Origin: Alphaproteobacteria bacterium
Lineage (GTDB): Bacteria; Pseudomonadota; Alphaproteobacteria; JAJTHO01; CANGYM01
Direction: 5' to 3'
NCBI GenBank assembly: GCA_044372405.1
Contig: JBILRW010000003.1
Location: forward strand, 13,381 to 77,380
Length of the DNA stretch: 64,000 nt
In this document: positions 20,821 through 30,557 of the stretch, one piece after another
How the letters are laid out: each line of letters begins with the position of its first letter
Numbering within the stretch: the stretch's first letter is position 1
Program-made: the position numbers and the translations under genes
Notes under the pieces: generated by a model
The model's input: only the letters and a program-made list of their open reading frames with translations
What the model was told of the DNA's origin: nothing
The model's database searches: none

Positions 20821-21780
20821 ATGGCCGATCAACCCCCCATTATTATCATCAAGAAAATTAAAAAGGTTCAGGGCGGTGGGCACCATGGCGGAGCCTGGAA
20901 AGTGGCCTATGCGGATTTTGTGACCGCTATGATGGCGTTTTTTTTGCTGTTATGGTTGCTCAATTCCACCACGGAGGAACAACGTCGGGGGATTTCGAAC
21001 TATTTTTCCCCCACAACCATTTCAGAAAGCACCAGCGGCGCAGGCAGTGTTTTGGATGGGGTGACGGTTTCCGATGTGACGGCCAGCAAAGACGAAGAAA
21101 TTCCCGCCTATAACCCCAGCGAAGCCCCCAAACCTGGTACTGTGCAAGAAGAGCAATCCGAAACCACCACCAGCCAACAATCTTCCCAGGGCAAAGACGG
21201 CGAAGCCGAGGCCTTTCAAGCCGCCCAAGAAAAAGCCATGAAGCAAGCGCTGGAGGCTATTCAGCAAGAGATTCAAAAAACACCCGAGCTGAAGGAACTC
21301 TCTGAAAACATTATTTTGGAAATGACCAAAGATGGTCTGCTCATTCAATTGGTGGACAGCAAAAAACGCCCCATGTTTGAGGCCGGAAAAGCCACCGCCA
21401 TGCCCCACACGGCCATGATTTTAAAACGCATCCGTCCCATTTTGGACCGCGTTCCCAACCCCGTTCAAATCACGGGACACACCGACAACAGCGGATCTGT
21501 CAATGCTGATTATGGCAACTGGGAACTGTCTGCGGATCGCGCCAACACAACCCGCCGTTTGCTCCAGCGTTATGGATTAAAAGCCCAGCGTTTTGAAAAA
21601 GTGGTGGGAAAGGCTGATACGGATCCCCTGCTGCAGGATGTTCCGGATGCGCCCATCAATCGCCGTATCGGGATTTTGCTTTCCTACATGGACGCCCCCA
21701 AAACCGATACCCGCAGCCAGCCCGTGACCCCCATCAAACAGGGCGTTTTTGAGGCGCAACCCGTGAAAAAAGCTCCTTAG
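20821..21780 (+). CDS. motB: Flagellar motor protein MotB (OmpA-like peptidoglycan-binding)
   Basis: 319 aa with an N-terminal TM helix, a conserved Asp region (WKVAYADFVTAMMAFFLLLW) and a C-terminal OmpA-like domain (ITGHTD...NWELSADRA). Confidence 0.85.
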   Translation: MADQPPIIIIKKIKKVQGGGHHGGAWKVAYADFVTAMMAFFLLLWLLNSTTEEQRRGISNYFSPTTISESTSGAGSVLDGVTVSDVTASKDEEIPAYNPSEAPKPGTVQEEQSETTTSQQSSQGKDGEAEAFQAAQEKAMKQALEAIQQEIQKTPELKELSENIILEMTKDGLLIQLVDSKKRPMFEAGKATAMPHTAMILKRIRPILDRVPNPVQITGHTDNSGSVNADYGNWELSADRANTTRRLLQRYGLKAQRFEKVVGKADTDPLLQDVPDAPINRRIGILLSYMDAPKTDTRSQPVTPIKQGVFEAQPVKKAP

Positions 21781-21808
21781 CGCTCTTTATCTGTGGGCAT
21801 AAGGACCC

Positions 21809-21838
21809 GCAAAAGAAAACCCTGCAAAAGAAAACCCT
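21809..21838. repeat. 15-bp exact tandem duplication (GCAAAAGAAAACCCT x2) downstream of motB
   Basis: Read directly at 21809-21823 and 21824-21838. Confidence 0.85.
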
Positions 21839-21906
21839 GGACAAAGCGCTTAAAATTTGATAAATTTTCATGCGTTTTTATAAAATTTTAATTAAGGTGA
21901 GTCTTT

Positions 21907-22443
21907 ATGTCTGATGTTGTTTCCCATGACTTGGCCCGCTTGGCCGCCCATGCGATGGATTTATTGTCGGTGGATCAATTGGTGCGGGTGCTGGATGGTC
22001 TGAATTTAATTGATCTTACAGCCAAAGCCATGTCCCCCATGCGGCTGTCTCAGTTGATGGAGCTGGCGGCGCGCTGTGCCTATGATTTACTAAAAGAAAA
22101 GCGGGTGCGCTTAACCATTGGCATGGATAAAATTGAGCAAGGCCAGCTGGATTATGACCTGGTGGGCAAAAACCCTGCGGATTTAGACACGCTGAAATTA
22201 ATCGCCAGCGAAATGGCGGAAAAAGATGAATTGTCCATTGATAACAAAGAACTGTTTCATATGGTCAGTGCTGTGATTACCGCCGCCCAAATGCTGGCCA
22301 ACGATCTGGACGAGGGCAAAGCCAAACCCATACTGGCCAAGGGCGAAAATCTGGCCAACTTGACCCTGGGCACGGAAGATCGTGCCGAGAAAACCAAGGA
22401 ATTTTTGGACGAATTGTTCGCCTTGCTCGCCAAACTCGTTTAA
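21907..22443 (+). CDS. Hypothetical acidic helical protein
   Basis: 178-aa ORF with good coding appearance and no recognisable motif. Lies downstream of motB. Confidence 0.5.
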   Translation: MSDVVSHDLARLAAHAMDLLSVDQLVRVLDGLNLIDLTAKAMSPMRLSQLMELAARCAYDLLKEKRVRLTIGMDKIEQGQLDYDLVGKNPADLDTLKLIASEMAEKDELSIDNKELFHMVSAVITAAQMLANDLDEGKAKPILAKGENLANLTLGTEDRAEKTKEFLDELFALLAKLV

Positions 22444-22452
22444 TCGTTTTTC

Positions 22453-23490
22453 ATGTCCGACGCGGCGGCCTGCCTTTTTCAAACGTTATCGGCAGGCCCC
22501 GTTTCCGTGTCGGATTTCATGGCGTTTTGCCTGGCCCATCCGGTGCATGGGTCCTATATGACCCAAAATCCCCTGGGCCGTGATTTTATCACCGCGCCTG
22601 AAATCAGCCAGATGTTTGGCGAACTTATCGGCCTGAGTTACGCCGAATCTTGCCTAACTCACAATCAGTTCCAATTATGGGTGGAATGTGGTCCTGGACG
22701 GGGCACCTTAACGGTGGATGCGCTGCGGGCGGCGCGTCCTCATCTTTCCTTTGTTCCTGACGTTCATTTTGTGGAAACCTCCCCCGTGTTGCGATCCCTT
22801 CAGGCCAAAGCAACAGACGGCTTGTCCGTAACCTGGCATGAACGTCTGGAAACGCTGCCCACGGATGTCCCCTTATTTATTGTGGCCAATGAATGGCTGG
22901 ATGCCCTGCCGCTGGAACAGTATGTTTTAACGGCCCAGGGATGGTATCGGCGTTCTGTGGAAAAAAGGGGGGCGTCTTTGGGGTTTTCGGTGGATACCAC
23001 ATCCCCTGCCCCCGCATCCGTTACCGCTGTTTTGTCCTCAATGTCTTATCCTTTGGGGAGTGTTTTTGAGTATCCCGCCCTGGGTTTAACCATGATGGAA
23101 TACATCTGCCAGCGTCTGGTTGATCAAGGGGGGCAGGCCCTGATCATCGATTATGGACCCGATATTTTTGGGGTTGGTGATACCCTGCAAGCTGTTTATC
23201 AGGGGAAAACTTTGGACGTTTTTTCCCACATTGGGCAGGCGGATCTGTCGTGTCACGTTCCCTTTGGGGTGTTAACATCCTATATTCACCAGCATTATCC
23301 GGATTTGTCCTGCACCGTAACTGCCCAAGGGCATTTTTTGCATGACCTGGGTATTCTGACCCGATTGGCTGCTTTGATGCGCCAGAATCCCCACCAGGCC
23401 CAGGCTCTGGGGGCTGCCTATCACCGCCTGACCCACCCCACGCAAATGGGGTCATTGTTTAAGGTATTGCGGATCGCCGCACGGCGTTAA
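22453..23490 (+). CDS. Class I SAM-dependent methyltransferase, NDUFAF7/MidA (DUF185) family
   Basis: 345 aa with the PLGRDFITAPEISQMFGEL signature of the DUF185/NDUFAF7 family. Confidence 0.7.
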   Translation: MSDAAACLFQTLSAGPVSVSDFMAFCLAHPVHGSYMTQNPLGRDFITAPEISQMFGELIGLSYAESCLTHNQFQLWVECGPGRGTLTVDALRAARPHLSFVPDVHFVETSPVLRSLQAKATDGLSVTWHERLETLPTDVPLFIVANEWLDALPLEQYVLTAQGWYRRSVEKRGASLGFSVDTTSPAPASVTAVLSSMSYPLGSVFEYPALGLTMMEYICQRLVDQGGQALIIDYGPDIFGVGDTLQAVYQGKTLDVFSHIGQADLSCHVPFGVLTSYIHQHYPDLSCTVTAQGHFLHDLGILTRLAALMRQNPHQAQALGAAYHRLTHPTQMGSLFKVLRIAARR

Positions 23491-23588
23491 GGGTCTCGAA
23501 ATTTTATCTTGGCAAATCTCTCCTCTTTGTGATACTCATTCTCCCTCACATTATAATGCTCAAGACCCATTAACTTAGGAGTTTCCCC

Positions 23589-23792
23589 TTGCTGGTTCAT
23601 GTTAAAGACAACAATGTTGATCAGGCCCTGCGTGCCCTGAAAAAAAAGCTGCAGCGCGAAGGTGTTTTTCGCATCATGAAGGCCAAGCGGTTTTACGAAA
23701 AGCCCTCCGAAAAACGCGTTCGGGAAGAGTCCGAGGCCGGTCGTCGTTACCGTAAACAACTTCGCAAGCGTTTGGAAAAAGAAGGCTATTAG
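23589..23792 (+). CDS. rpsU: 30S ribosomal protein S21
   Basis: 67 aa ending [31 protein letters not shown] start with AGGAG 8 nt upstream. Confidence 0.85.
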   Translation: MLVHVKDNNVDQALRALKKKLQREGVFRIMKAKRFYEKPSEKRVREESEAGRRYRKQLRKRLEKEGY

Positions 23793-23798
23793 GCCTTT

Positions 23799-26700
23799 TT
23801 GGGGGTATGGTCAGGTGTGTTTGTTCCCTCACCTTCTCCCCTAAGCCCCCCCGTTCACCAGGCCGATTTAACCCAGCGTCGCGCCAGGGATCCTGAATCA
23901 TCCTTTTGGGTCACGGCGTCCGCCGGTGGCGGCAAAACAAAACTGCTGTGCGACCGCGTGGTTTCCCTGCTGTGTCATGGTGCTGATCCCCGAAGTATTT
24001 TGTGCTTGACCTATACCCGGGCCGCAGCTTCGGAAATGAAGAACCGGGTTTTATCTCTTTTACAAAAAATCGCTCACCGTGACCCGGCCTATACTGATTT
24101 TCATGATCTTTTATGTCAAAGGGGGGTTGATCCCGTTCGTTTTTGTTTGTCACTCATGGATGATCAGCATCTGTTGTCGTTTCAAACCATTCATGCGTTT
24201 TGTGAACGTTTGCTCAGGCGGTTCCCTTTAGAGGCCAATATCGCCCCCGATTTTAAAGTGTTAGAGGAAGAAGAGGCCCAAACCCTGCTGGCCCAAGCCG
24301 CCGAAGGCTTTTATGATCTGGACACCATCCAGGGGGACGCGGGCACAGCCACTTTACTCGCGCGTTATCTGCACGAGGGGCAATATCAAGATGTCCTAAA
24401 ACCCCTGATTCGAAAACGTTATTTGTTGTACCAGGCCGTGATGATGCCAGAGGCAATGTTTCGGGACGCCCTGAAAGAGCAGCTTCTTTTGCCCCCTGGT
24501 ACGGAGGACCTTGAGGCCCTGCAAAAAGAAAGTCGAACCTCTTTACCCGATGATGCTTTACAGCGCATCGCCGCCGCCCTGGCCGTCAGTCCTAGTGAGA
24601 AAGATCGGGAGAAGGGGGATTTTTTCACCTCTTTTCTCGCCGTCCCCCACCCTCAACGGGATTATGAGGGCTATGCCGATTTTTTCCTAACCGACAAAGA
24701 AACCGTGCGCAAAACCCTGGCCACGCAAAAGGCCCCGTTATTTCCCGAAGATCGAGCGTCTCTTGCGGAGGAGGCGATACGGCTTTATACCCTGCGGCAA
24801 CAGATTTATGCCGCGGAATGTGTTGAGGCCACCGTGGCCCTGCGCTCCGTGGCCACGGCGGTTTGGGCGTCGTATATCACCGCGAAAGAGGCGGCGGGGG
24901 CGCTGGATTTTGATGATTTGTTAGAGGGCACGCACCGCCTGTTACAGGATCACAATGCCTGGATTGCCTATAAACTGGAGCACGCGTTAAAGCACATCTT
25001 GCTGGACGAGGCCCAGGACACCAACCCCCATCAGTGGACCCTGATTAAGCATTTGCTGGCGGAAACTCTGGCCGGCGATACCGAAACGCGAAAAACCCTT
25101 CTGGTGGTGGGGGATTATAAACAGTCCATTTATCGGTTCCAGGATGCCGATCCCGATGCCTATCGCGCCGAGTACGACACACTTCAGGCACGCTATGGGG
25201 AGGCGGAAAAGTCCCTCACCCCCCTGCAGCTGAACACATCGTTTCGCACCACGCCCGATGTTTTGGGGTTGGTGGATGACGTGTTTCAAAAAACCCCCTG
25301 TGGGCAAGGGGTTGTGACATCGGGGGACGCCCCCCTGATCCACCATCCCGCCCGGACCCAGTCCAGGGGCCAGGTGGTTTTGCATCCTCTGATGGTCTTA
25401 CCGCCCAAAAATGCGGAGGAAACCTTTATCCTTCCCACCCATCCGCGCCAGGGACAAAGCCCGGAAGATCAGATTGCCGACACCATTGCAACGGCCATTC
25501 AGGACCTTTTATCCAACGGGCAGGGCCTGCCCTCCCGCCAAAATCAGCCCATCACCGCGCCGGATATCTGGATTTTGTTGCAGCGGCGGGGGAAATTGCA
25601 ACATTCGTTGCTCTCGGCCCTCTCGGCCCGAAATATTCCCGTGGCGGGGGGGGATCGGATTTTGCTGAAGGAAACGTTGGCTGTCAAAGACCTCTCCGCG
25701 TTGCTGCTGTTTATGGTGGAGCCCGAGGATGATTTTACCCTGGCGTGTCTCCTCAAAAGTCCCATCGGTGGCCTTACGGAAGATGAACTCTTTACCCTTT
25801 GTCACGGACGATCCGGCACCGTGTGGTCATCGCTGTATGATCATGCCCATCAAGACCAAGCCCCCCCCGTTTTTGGTCGCGTTTATGCGTTGCTGCAGCA
25901 TTTTCTCAATCATGCCGATGTGTGGACACCCCATCAAACGCTGAGTCATTACCTTTATGAACAGGGGGGCTACGCCGCGTTTCGGGAGGCTTTTGGGCGG
26001 GAGGTTGATGAGATTGTTCATCTGTTTCTCACCTACGCCCTGAAATTTGAAGAGGATGTCACCCCCACCCTGGCTGGATTTCTCCCGTGGTTTGAGCGCC
26101 ATGCGGTGAATATCAAACGGGAAACGCTGGGCCAGGGCGTTCGTATCCAAACGGTGCATGGGGCCAAGGGGCTGGAGGCCCCCGTGATTATCCTGGCCGA
26201 TGCGGGGCACAGACCAACGCCCCGGCCCAGTCCCGTTGTCTGGTTACCCCAGGGATTTTTGTGGGTGCTGCCCAAACGAACGTTACATGTCCTAACGCCC
26301 TTGAAAGAGGATTTAAAACAGCAAGATGAAGAGGAATACCATCGCCTCCTTTATGTCGCCATGACCCGGGCAGAGGATGCCCTGCATATTTTTGGGGCCT
26401 CGCGCCAGGCTGCTGCCCCCGAAGAAACCTTACCCGAACATCCAACATGGTATCAGGCTCTGGCTTCCCAGATCAAAATTCAGGGACAGCCTCTTGAGGG
26501 CAATTCAGAAAACCCGGCATATGCCGTGGGGGCGTTGCCCCGGGCCAGCACGCCGCCTGTTCACAATACCCCAGAGACCTCGACGTTACCCAACTGGTTA
26601 ACCTTGCCTTCCCCTGATCCTGAAGATTCTAAACCCACTGCCTCTGCGGACAGTGAGGCCATCACCCTGGGTCTGGCCATTCATTCGGGGATGCAGCATT

Positions 26701-27050
26701 GCTTGGCGGGGAATGTTCAGCGTGAAGATGACTTATGCGAGATTTTGCTTTCTTTTTATGACGCTTCTATCGCCAAAACAGCCGCCACCCGGGCATGGGC
26801 GGCGTATCAAGATCAGCCTTTTCAGTCTCTCCTTAACCAGAGCTACCGCGTAGAAACTGAGGTTGCCCTGTGCCATCAGGGAAAAATGCTCCGCCTGGAT
26901 GCGCTGCTGATTTCCGATGATCATCTGATCATTGTGGATTTTAAAAGCGGGGATACAACGCGGGCCGATCTTCAAATGGGAAACTACGAGCAGGCCTTGC
27001 GGGCTCTGTATCCCCATCACACCATCGAAAGTCGGGTTGTGGGGGTTTAG
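23799..27050 (+). CDS. addA: Double-strand break repair helicase-nuclease AddA (UvrD-like helicase with C-terminal PD-(D/E)xK nuclease)
   Basis: 1083 aa. Walker A AGGGKTKLL, UvrD helicase motifs, and a C-terminal RecB-like nuclease motif (IIVDFKSG). The exact start is uncertain. Confidence 0.8.
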   Translation: MGVWSGVFVPSPSPLSPPVHQADLTQRRARDPESSFWVTASAGGGKTKLLCDRVVSLLCHGADPRSILCLTYTRAAASEMKNRVLSLLQKIAHRDPAYTDFHDLLCQRGVDPVRFCLSLMDDQHLLSFQTIHAFCERLLRRFPLEANIAPDFKVLEEEEAQTLLAQAAEGFYDLDTIQGDAGTATLLARYLHEGQYQDVLKPLIRKRYLLYQAVMMPEAMFRDALKEQLLLPPGTEDLEALQKESRTSLPDDALQRIAAALAVSPSEKDREKGDFFTSFLAVPHPQRDYEGYADFFLTDKETVRKTLATQKAPLFPEDRASLAEEAIRLYTLRQQIYAAECVEATVALRSVATAVWASYITAKEAAGALDFDDLLEGTHRLLQDHNAWIAYKLEHALKHILLDEAQDTNPHQWTLIKHLLAETLAGDTETRKTLLVVGDYKQSIYRFQDADPDAYRAEYDTLQARYGEAEKSLTPLQLNTSFRTTPDVLGLVDDVFQKTPCGQGVVTSGDAPLIHHPARTQSRGQVVLHPLMVLPPKNAEETFILPTHPRQGQSPEDQIADTIATAIQDLLSNGQGLPSRQNQPITAPDIWILLQRRGKLQHSLLSALSARNIPVAGGDRILLKETLAVKDLSALLLFMVEPEDDFTLACLLKSPIGGLTEDELFTLCHGRSGTVWSSLYDHAHQDQAPPVFGRVYALLQHFLNHADVWTPHQTLSHYLYEQGGYAAFREAFGREVDEIVHLFLTYALKFEEDVTPTLAGFLPWFERHAVNIKRETLGQGVRIQTVHGAKGLEAPVIILADAGHRPTPRPSPVVWLPQGFLWVLPKRTLHVLTPLKEDLKQQDEEEYHRLLYVAMTRAEDALHIFGASRQAAAPEETLPEHPTWYQALASQIKIQGQPLEGNSENPAYAVGALPRASTPPVHNTPETSTLPNWLTLPSPDPEDSKPTASADSEAITLGLAIHSGMQHCLAGNVQREDDLCEILLSFYDASIAKTAATRAWAAYQDQPFQSLLNQSYRVETEVALCHQGKMLRLDALLISDDHLIIVDFKSGDTTRADLQMGNYEQALRALYPHHTIESRVVGV

Positions 27051-27156
27051 ACCAGAACGGGTGACTGACTTGGCCTTTTTTTTAAATTTTGATCAAAAAC
27101 ACGCTTTAACAAAACCATTTTTTATGATAGGGTTCCCAAAATAAGATTCATTTTTT

Positions 27157-29742
27157 TTGGAAAATATCATGACTGATTTTGATTCGACGAATCCGACCCA
27201 TCAACGTTTGGTTGAGATTGTGGCAGCGCTTCTGACGCAGAACAACAACAATAAAACGGTTGCGGCAGCCAGGTTGGCCACGATCCTTGCTTCTACCGGA
27301 AATTCAGCATTGCAAAGTATAGGAAATCCCTACCCTGCCCGCACAATTTTGGCCTTAACCGATGAGTCAAAACGAAACCTTCTAAAAAATAACCCCTATT
27401 GGGAAATCATAGTAACGCTTGAGGATGTGACCCTGCAAAGAATTGAACTGGCCCTGGATGCCCGTCAGGGTGCTGCGGCCTATAAAGCCAAAAAAACTCC
27501 CAGCGGCAATGATTATCTTGATTTTACCCAGCTGGCCGATTGGCTTCAAAAACAAAAGGATGCAGTGGCCAGAGCGGCATCCAGGCTTTCAGAAGCCCAA
27601 AGAAAATTTTCCGAAATGGAGCAGCGTTTTGTGACGACGCCCGTTTCAGAATATGACCGCAACCGTACGGTTGATCAGGTTTTGGCCGCCGCGTATTCAA
27701 AAACGTCCTTGTCTGGGGAAACCTTGGCGTATCTTCCCATTTTGTTGGAAAGAACGGGATATTCTGTGGAAAATGAAGGGGCAGCAGAGGAATTTTACCT
27801 ATGTCTGATGCGGGGTCTAAAAGCAGGCAGGCCGAAAAATAGCGTCGCCCAGTTAAGCGCCGCAACGCCCAACGATAATATTGTTCCTCTGATTAAGGGG
27901 CAAGTTTTACGGGACGCTGTTGAAAAACTTTTGTCCTCAAAAAAGCCTGAAAATGAACAATTTTATGAACCGGTTGCCGGGTTACTCGAACTGCTTTTGA
28001 TTCATGCGTATCAAACCACGACGGATTTTACAGTCAGGCTCGCAGAAAGAGAACAACAACGCCCAGAAGCCAAAAATGAGAAAAAAATCTATAATAAGAG
28101 ACCCTTGTCCCCCGAGGCCATAGGTCAAATCAACACGCTGATCCAACAATCATACAAAACACCGAAAGCTTTGGCCCAGGCTTTGGACTATGAGGCTCTA
28201 TCACAAAAATTCCCAAATCGGATGCGAACGAACCTTTCGCTTGACATAGTTTTGGAGAATAACGACGCCCTTTTCCCAAAGGAACGAGCCGGGACCATAG
28301 AGATCCTCCTGGAAGACTTATCTGGAAAAACGATGCCCACAGAGCAAGAGATTCAGGCTTTTCATGAAAGTTTTGAGCATTTAAAGAAACTCTATGATGT
28401 TGGCTGTGGCACTCGAACTGCACTCAATAATCACTTAAAACAGAAGGCTGAGCAAGAAAATCGCGATCTTCTCTCGCTTTATTTGCGTTCTGGAAACTTT
28501 AATTTTGATCGTGATTTTAGTAACGCGAACACCCTGCATCCGCATCTTTTCCGGGAATTATCAGAAACGGTCACAGAACTGGTTGCATCTGCCCAGGAAA
28601 AAAGAGAAAAAATCGCTGAAATAAAAAAGGCTAATGATCAGCCCAACCTGTCAGCTTTTTGCAAAAGCCAATTTGGCGTCGATCCGTTTTATTTGTACCT
28701 GGTGCTGCATGGCGGGCAAAAGGGACAGAGGTTTAATGCAAAATTTGCCAATGAAGAAAGGGATGTCTTGATTCAATCTCACGGCGAAGATTTTAAAGCA
28801 TGGGCGCATAAGGCCGAGGAGACCTTTCTTTTGGCTTTTGACCCTCTTTGTCAAGCGTTGGACACTGGTTTTCAGAGCCTATCTGCAAAGGAGAAGTCAA
28901 TTCTTTTTCTCTATAACGGTGTCGGTTTTAATGACGACACACAAAAATACTATCCTTCCCAGAGACAGACGCAGGAAGCTATTAGTAAAGATACTAATGT
29001 TTCTGATGCTGCAATAAGTATTATAAAACAAAAAGCATTACGGAAATTACTTAGCCCCTATAATTCAACAGAATTATTGTTTCCCCAAGACGAAGAGAAT
29101 AAGCTGATTTTGCCTTCAGGCACATTTAAAAGTCTTTTTCTTGCAAACGATGAACGTAAAGATATAGGCGAGACAATAAGGTTTTACGCGGGCATGGCTG
29201 CCCTGGCGCCGCAATCATCAGCGTTGGAGCCCTTATGGCGCGCCTACTGTCATCCCACTTTTGAGAAAATAGCCCGAGTGATTTCTAAAAATCCATGGGA
29301 TTTTTACCGAGGCGAACTCAACACTCATCCTAACCCCTTTGACTTTCGGTTTAATCCTAAAGGGCAAAATCCAGATGATTACTTAAGCCCTGAAAACATA
29401 AAAGAAATCCTTACCGAGGCCCCAGGATTTTTGGCATGTGTGCAGGAGGCGTCGTCCTGTTTTCATCTACAGAACCCTGGACAGAATGCCCTTATTGTAA
29501 GCTATCAAAAGCCAGAAGAAGCAACAAACGAAACAAAAGGATCAGAGACCTATTTTGTTATTCATACAAAAGAACCGCTAACTGCTACAGATGCCAGCAT
29601 CATCAATACAGTACCAGGTTTCACGCACGTCTGCTATCAGGCAACCGAAGAAGACCTTAAAAACCCCCCGACTGTCCTCTTTAAAGAGGATCTACCTGTG
29701 TTTGAGGCCATTAAGGAGGCTTTAGGGCAACAGAGGGGGTAA
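27157..29742 (+). CDS. Large orphan protein (861 aa) in a low-GC segment; internal sigma-70 region-4-like HTH
   Basis: Long uninterrupted ORF in an AT-richer stretch between convergent addA and ubiA. The segment LSAKEKSILFLYNGVGF...TQEAISKDTNVSDAAISIIKQKALRKL resembles a sigma-70 r4/LuxR-type HTH. No other recognisable domains. Confidence 0.6.
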   Translation: MENIMTDFDSTNPTHQRLVEIVAALLTQNNNNKTVAAARLATILASTGNSALQSIGNPYPARTILALTDESKRNLLKNNPYWEIIVTLEDVTLQRIELALDARQGAAAYKAKKTPSGNDYLDFTQLADWLQKQKDAVARAASRLSEAQRKFSEMEQRFVTTPVSEYDRNRTVDQVLAAAYSKTSLSGETLAYLPILLERTGYSVENEGAAEEFYLCLMRGLKAGRPKNSVAQLSAATPNDNIVPLIKGQVLRDAVEKLLSSKKPENEQFYEPVAGLLELLLIHAYQTTTDFTVRLAEREQQRPEAKNEKKIYNKRPLSPEAIGQINTLIQQSYKTPKALAQALDYEALSQKFPNRMRTNLSLDIVLENNDALFPKERAGTIEILLEDLSGKTMPTEQEIQAFHESFEHLKKLYDVGCGTRTALNNHLKQKAEQENRDLLSLYLRSGNFNFDRDFSNANTLHPHLFRELSETVTELVASAQEKREKIAEIKKANDQPNLSAFCKSQFGVDPFYLYLVLHGGQKGQRFNAKFANEERDVLIQSHGEDFKAWAHKAEETFLLAFDPLCQALDTGFQSLSAKEKSILFLYNGVGFNDDTQKYYPSQRQTQEAISKDTNVSDAAISIIKQKALRKLLSPYNSTELLFPQDEENKLILPSGTFKSLFLANDERKDIGETIRFYAGMAALAPQSSALEPLWRAYCHPTFEKIARVISKNPWDFYRGELNTHPNPFDFRFNPKGQNPDDYLSPENIKEILTEAPGFLACVQEASSCFHLQNPGQNALIVSYQKPEEATNETKGSETYFVIHTKEPLTATDASIINTVPGFTHVCYQATEEDLKNPPTVLFKEDLPVFEAIKEALGQQRG

Positions 29743-29753
29743 TCTCACTCCCC

Positions 29754-30548
29754 CTACCCCACCAACAAATCCCCCATAATCACCAACCCCAGCCAGCCGT
29801 TTTGATCAAACCAGCGGGCTGTTTGGGGGTGATTTTCGGGGGACCAGAAACGCGCCAGGGCGGCGCACCAAATCACCCCGAACAGCAAAATCAATGGCGC
29901 GAAGGTGCCCCACAGCACAAAGGTGAGGGCATAAAGGAGCAGAACCGCCGTTTTTACCTGAGACCCAAACAATAAGGCACCGGATTTTAAGTGTAGTTTT
30001 GCATCATCCGTGCGATCTTGACAGGCGTACAGGGTGTCATAGGCCAAGGTCCACACCACGCACGCCCCATACAAAATCCATGGCATGGGCTGCCCCAGGG
30101 TGGCGGCCACCACCAAAACACCGGCGTTAAAGGTCAGGGCCAAAATGACCTGGGGCCAAAAGAAAAATCGCTTCGCCAGCGGATATAAAATCACCAGCGG
30201 CATCGTGGCCAAGCCCACCAGAATGGCTTGCCGGGGTAGTTGGAGGAGCACCCCAAGACCCAAAAGCAAAAAAAACACCAAAACCAACAGGGCCTGGCGT
30301 GGGTTAACCTTGCCCGAGGCCAGGGGGCGATGACGGGTGCGGGCCACGGCCGCATCAATGCGGCGATCCCACAAATCGTTGATGATGCAGCCCGCGCTGC
30401 GCATGGCAAAGGACCCCAGAAAAAACAAGACATAAAAAAAGAGCGGGGCCTGAAACAGGGCCAGGGCAAAGGCACAGGGCCAAAACAATAACAATGTCCC
30501 CACAGGTTTTTTTAGACGTATGAGGTGCCCCAGATCCCCCAATGTCAT
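29754..30548 (-). CDS. ubiA: 4-hydroxybenzoate polyprenyltransferase (UbiA family)
   Basis: 264 aa with the UbiA motif NDLWDRRIDAAVARTRHRPLASG and multiple TM helices. Confidence 0.8.
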   Translation of the reverse strand: MTLGDLGHLIRLKKPVGTLLLFWPCAFALALFQAPLFFYVLFFLGSFAMRSAGCIINDLWDRRIDAAVARTRHRPLASGKVNPRQALLVLVFFLLLGLGVLLQLPRQAILVGLATMPLVILYPLAKRFFFWPQVILALTFNAGVLVVAATLGQPMPWILYGACVVWTLAYDTLYACQDRTDDAKLHLKSGALLFGSQVKTAVLLLYALTFVLWGTFAPLILLFGVIWCAALARFWSPENHPQTARWFDQNGWLGLVIMGDLLVG

Positions 30549-30557
30549 GAGGCCTCC

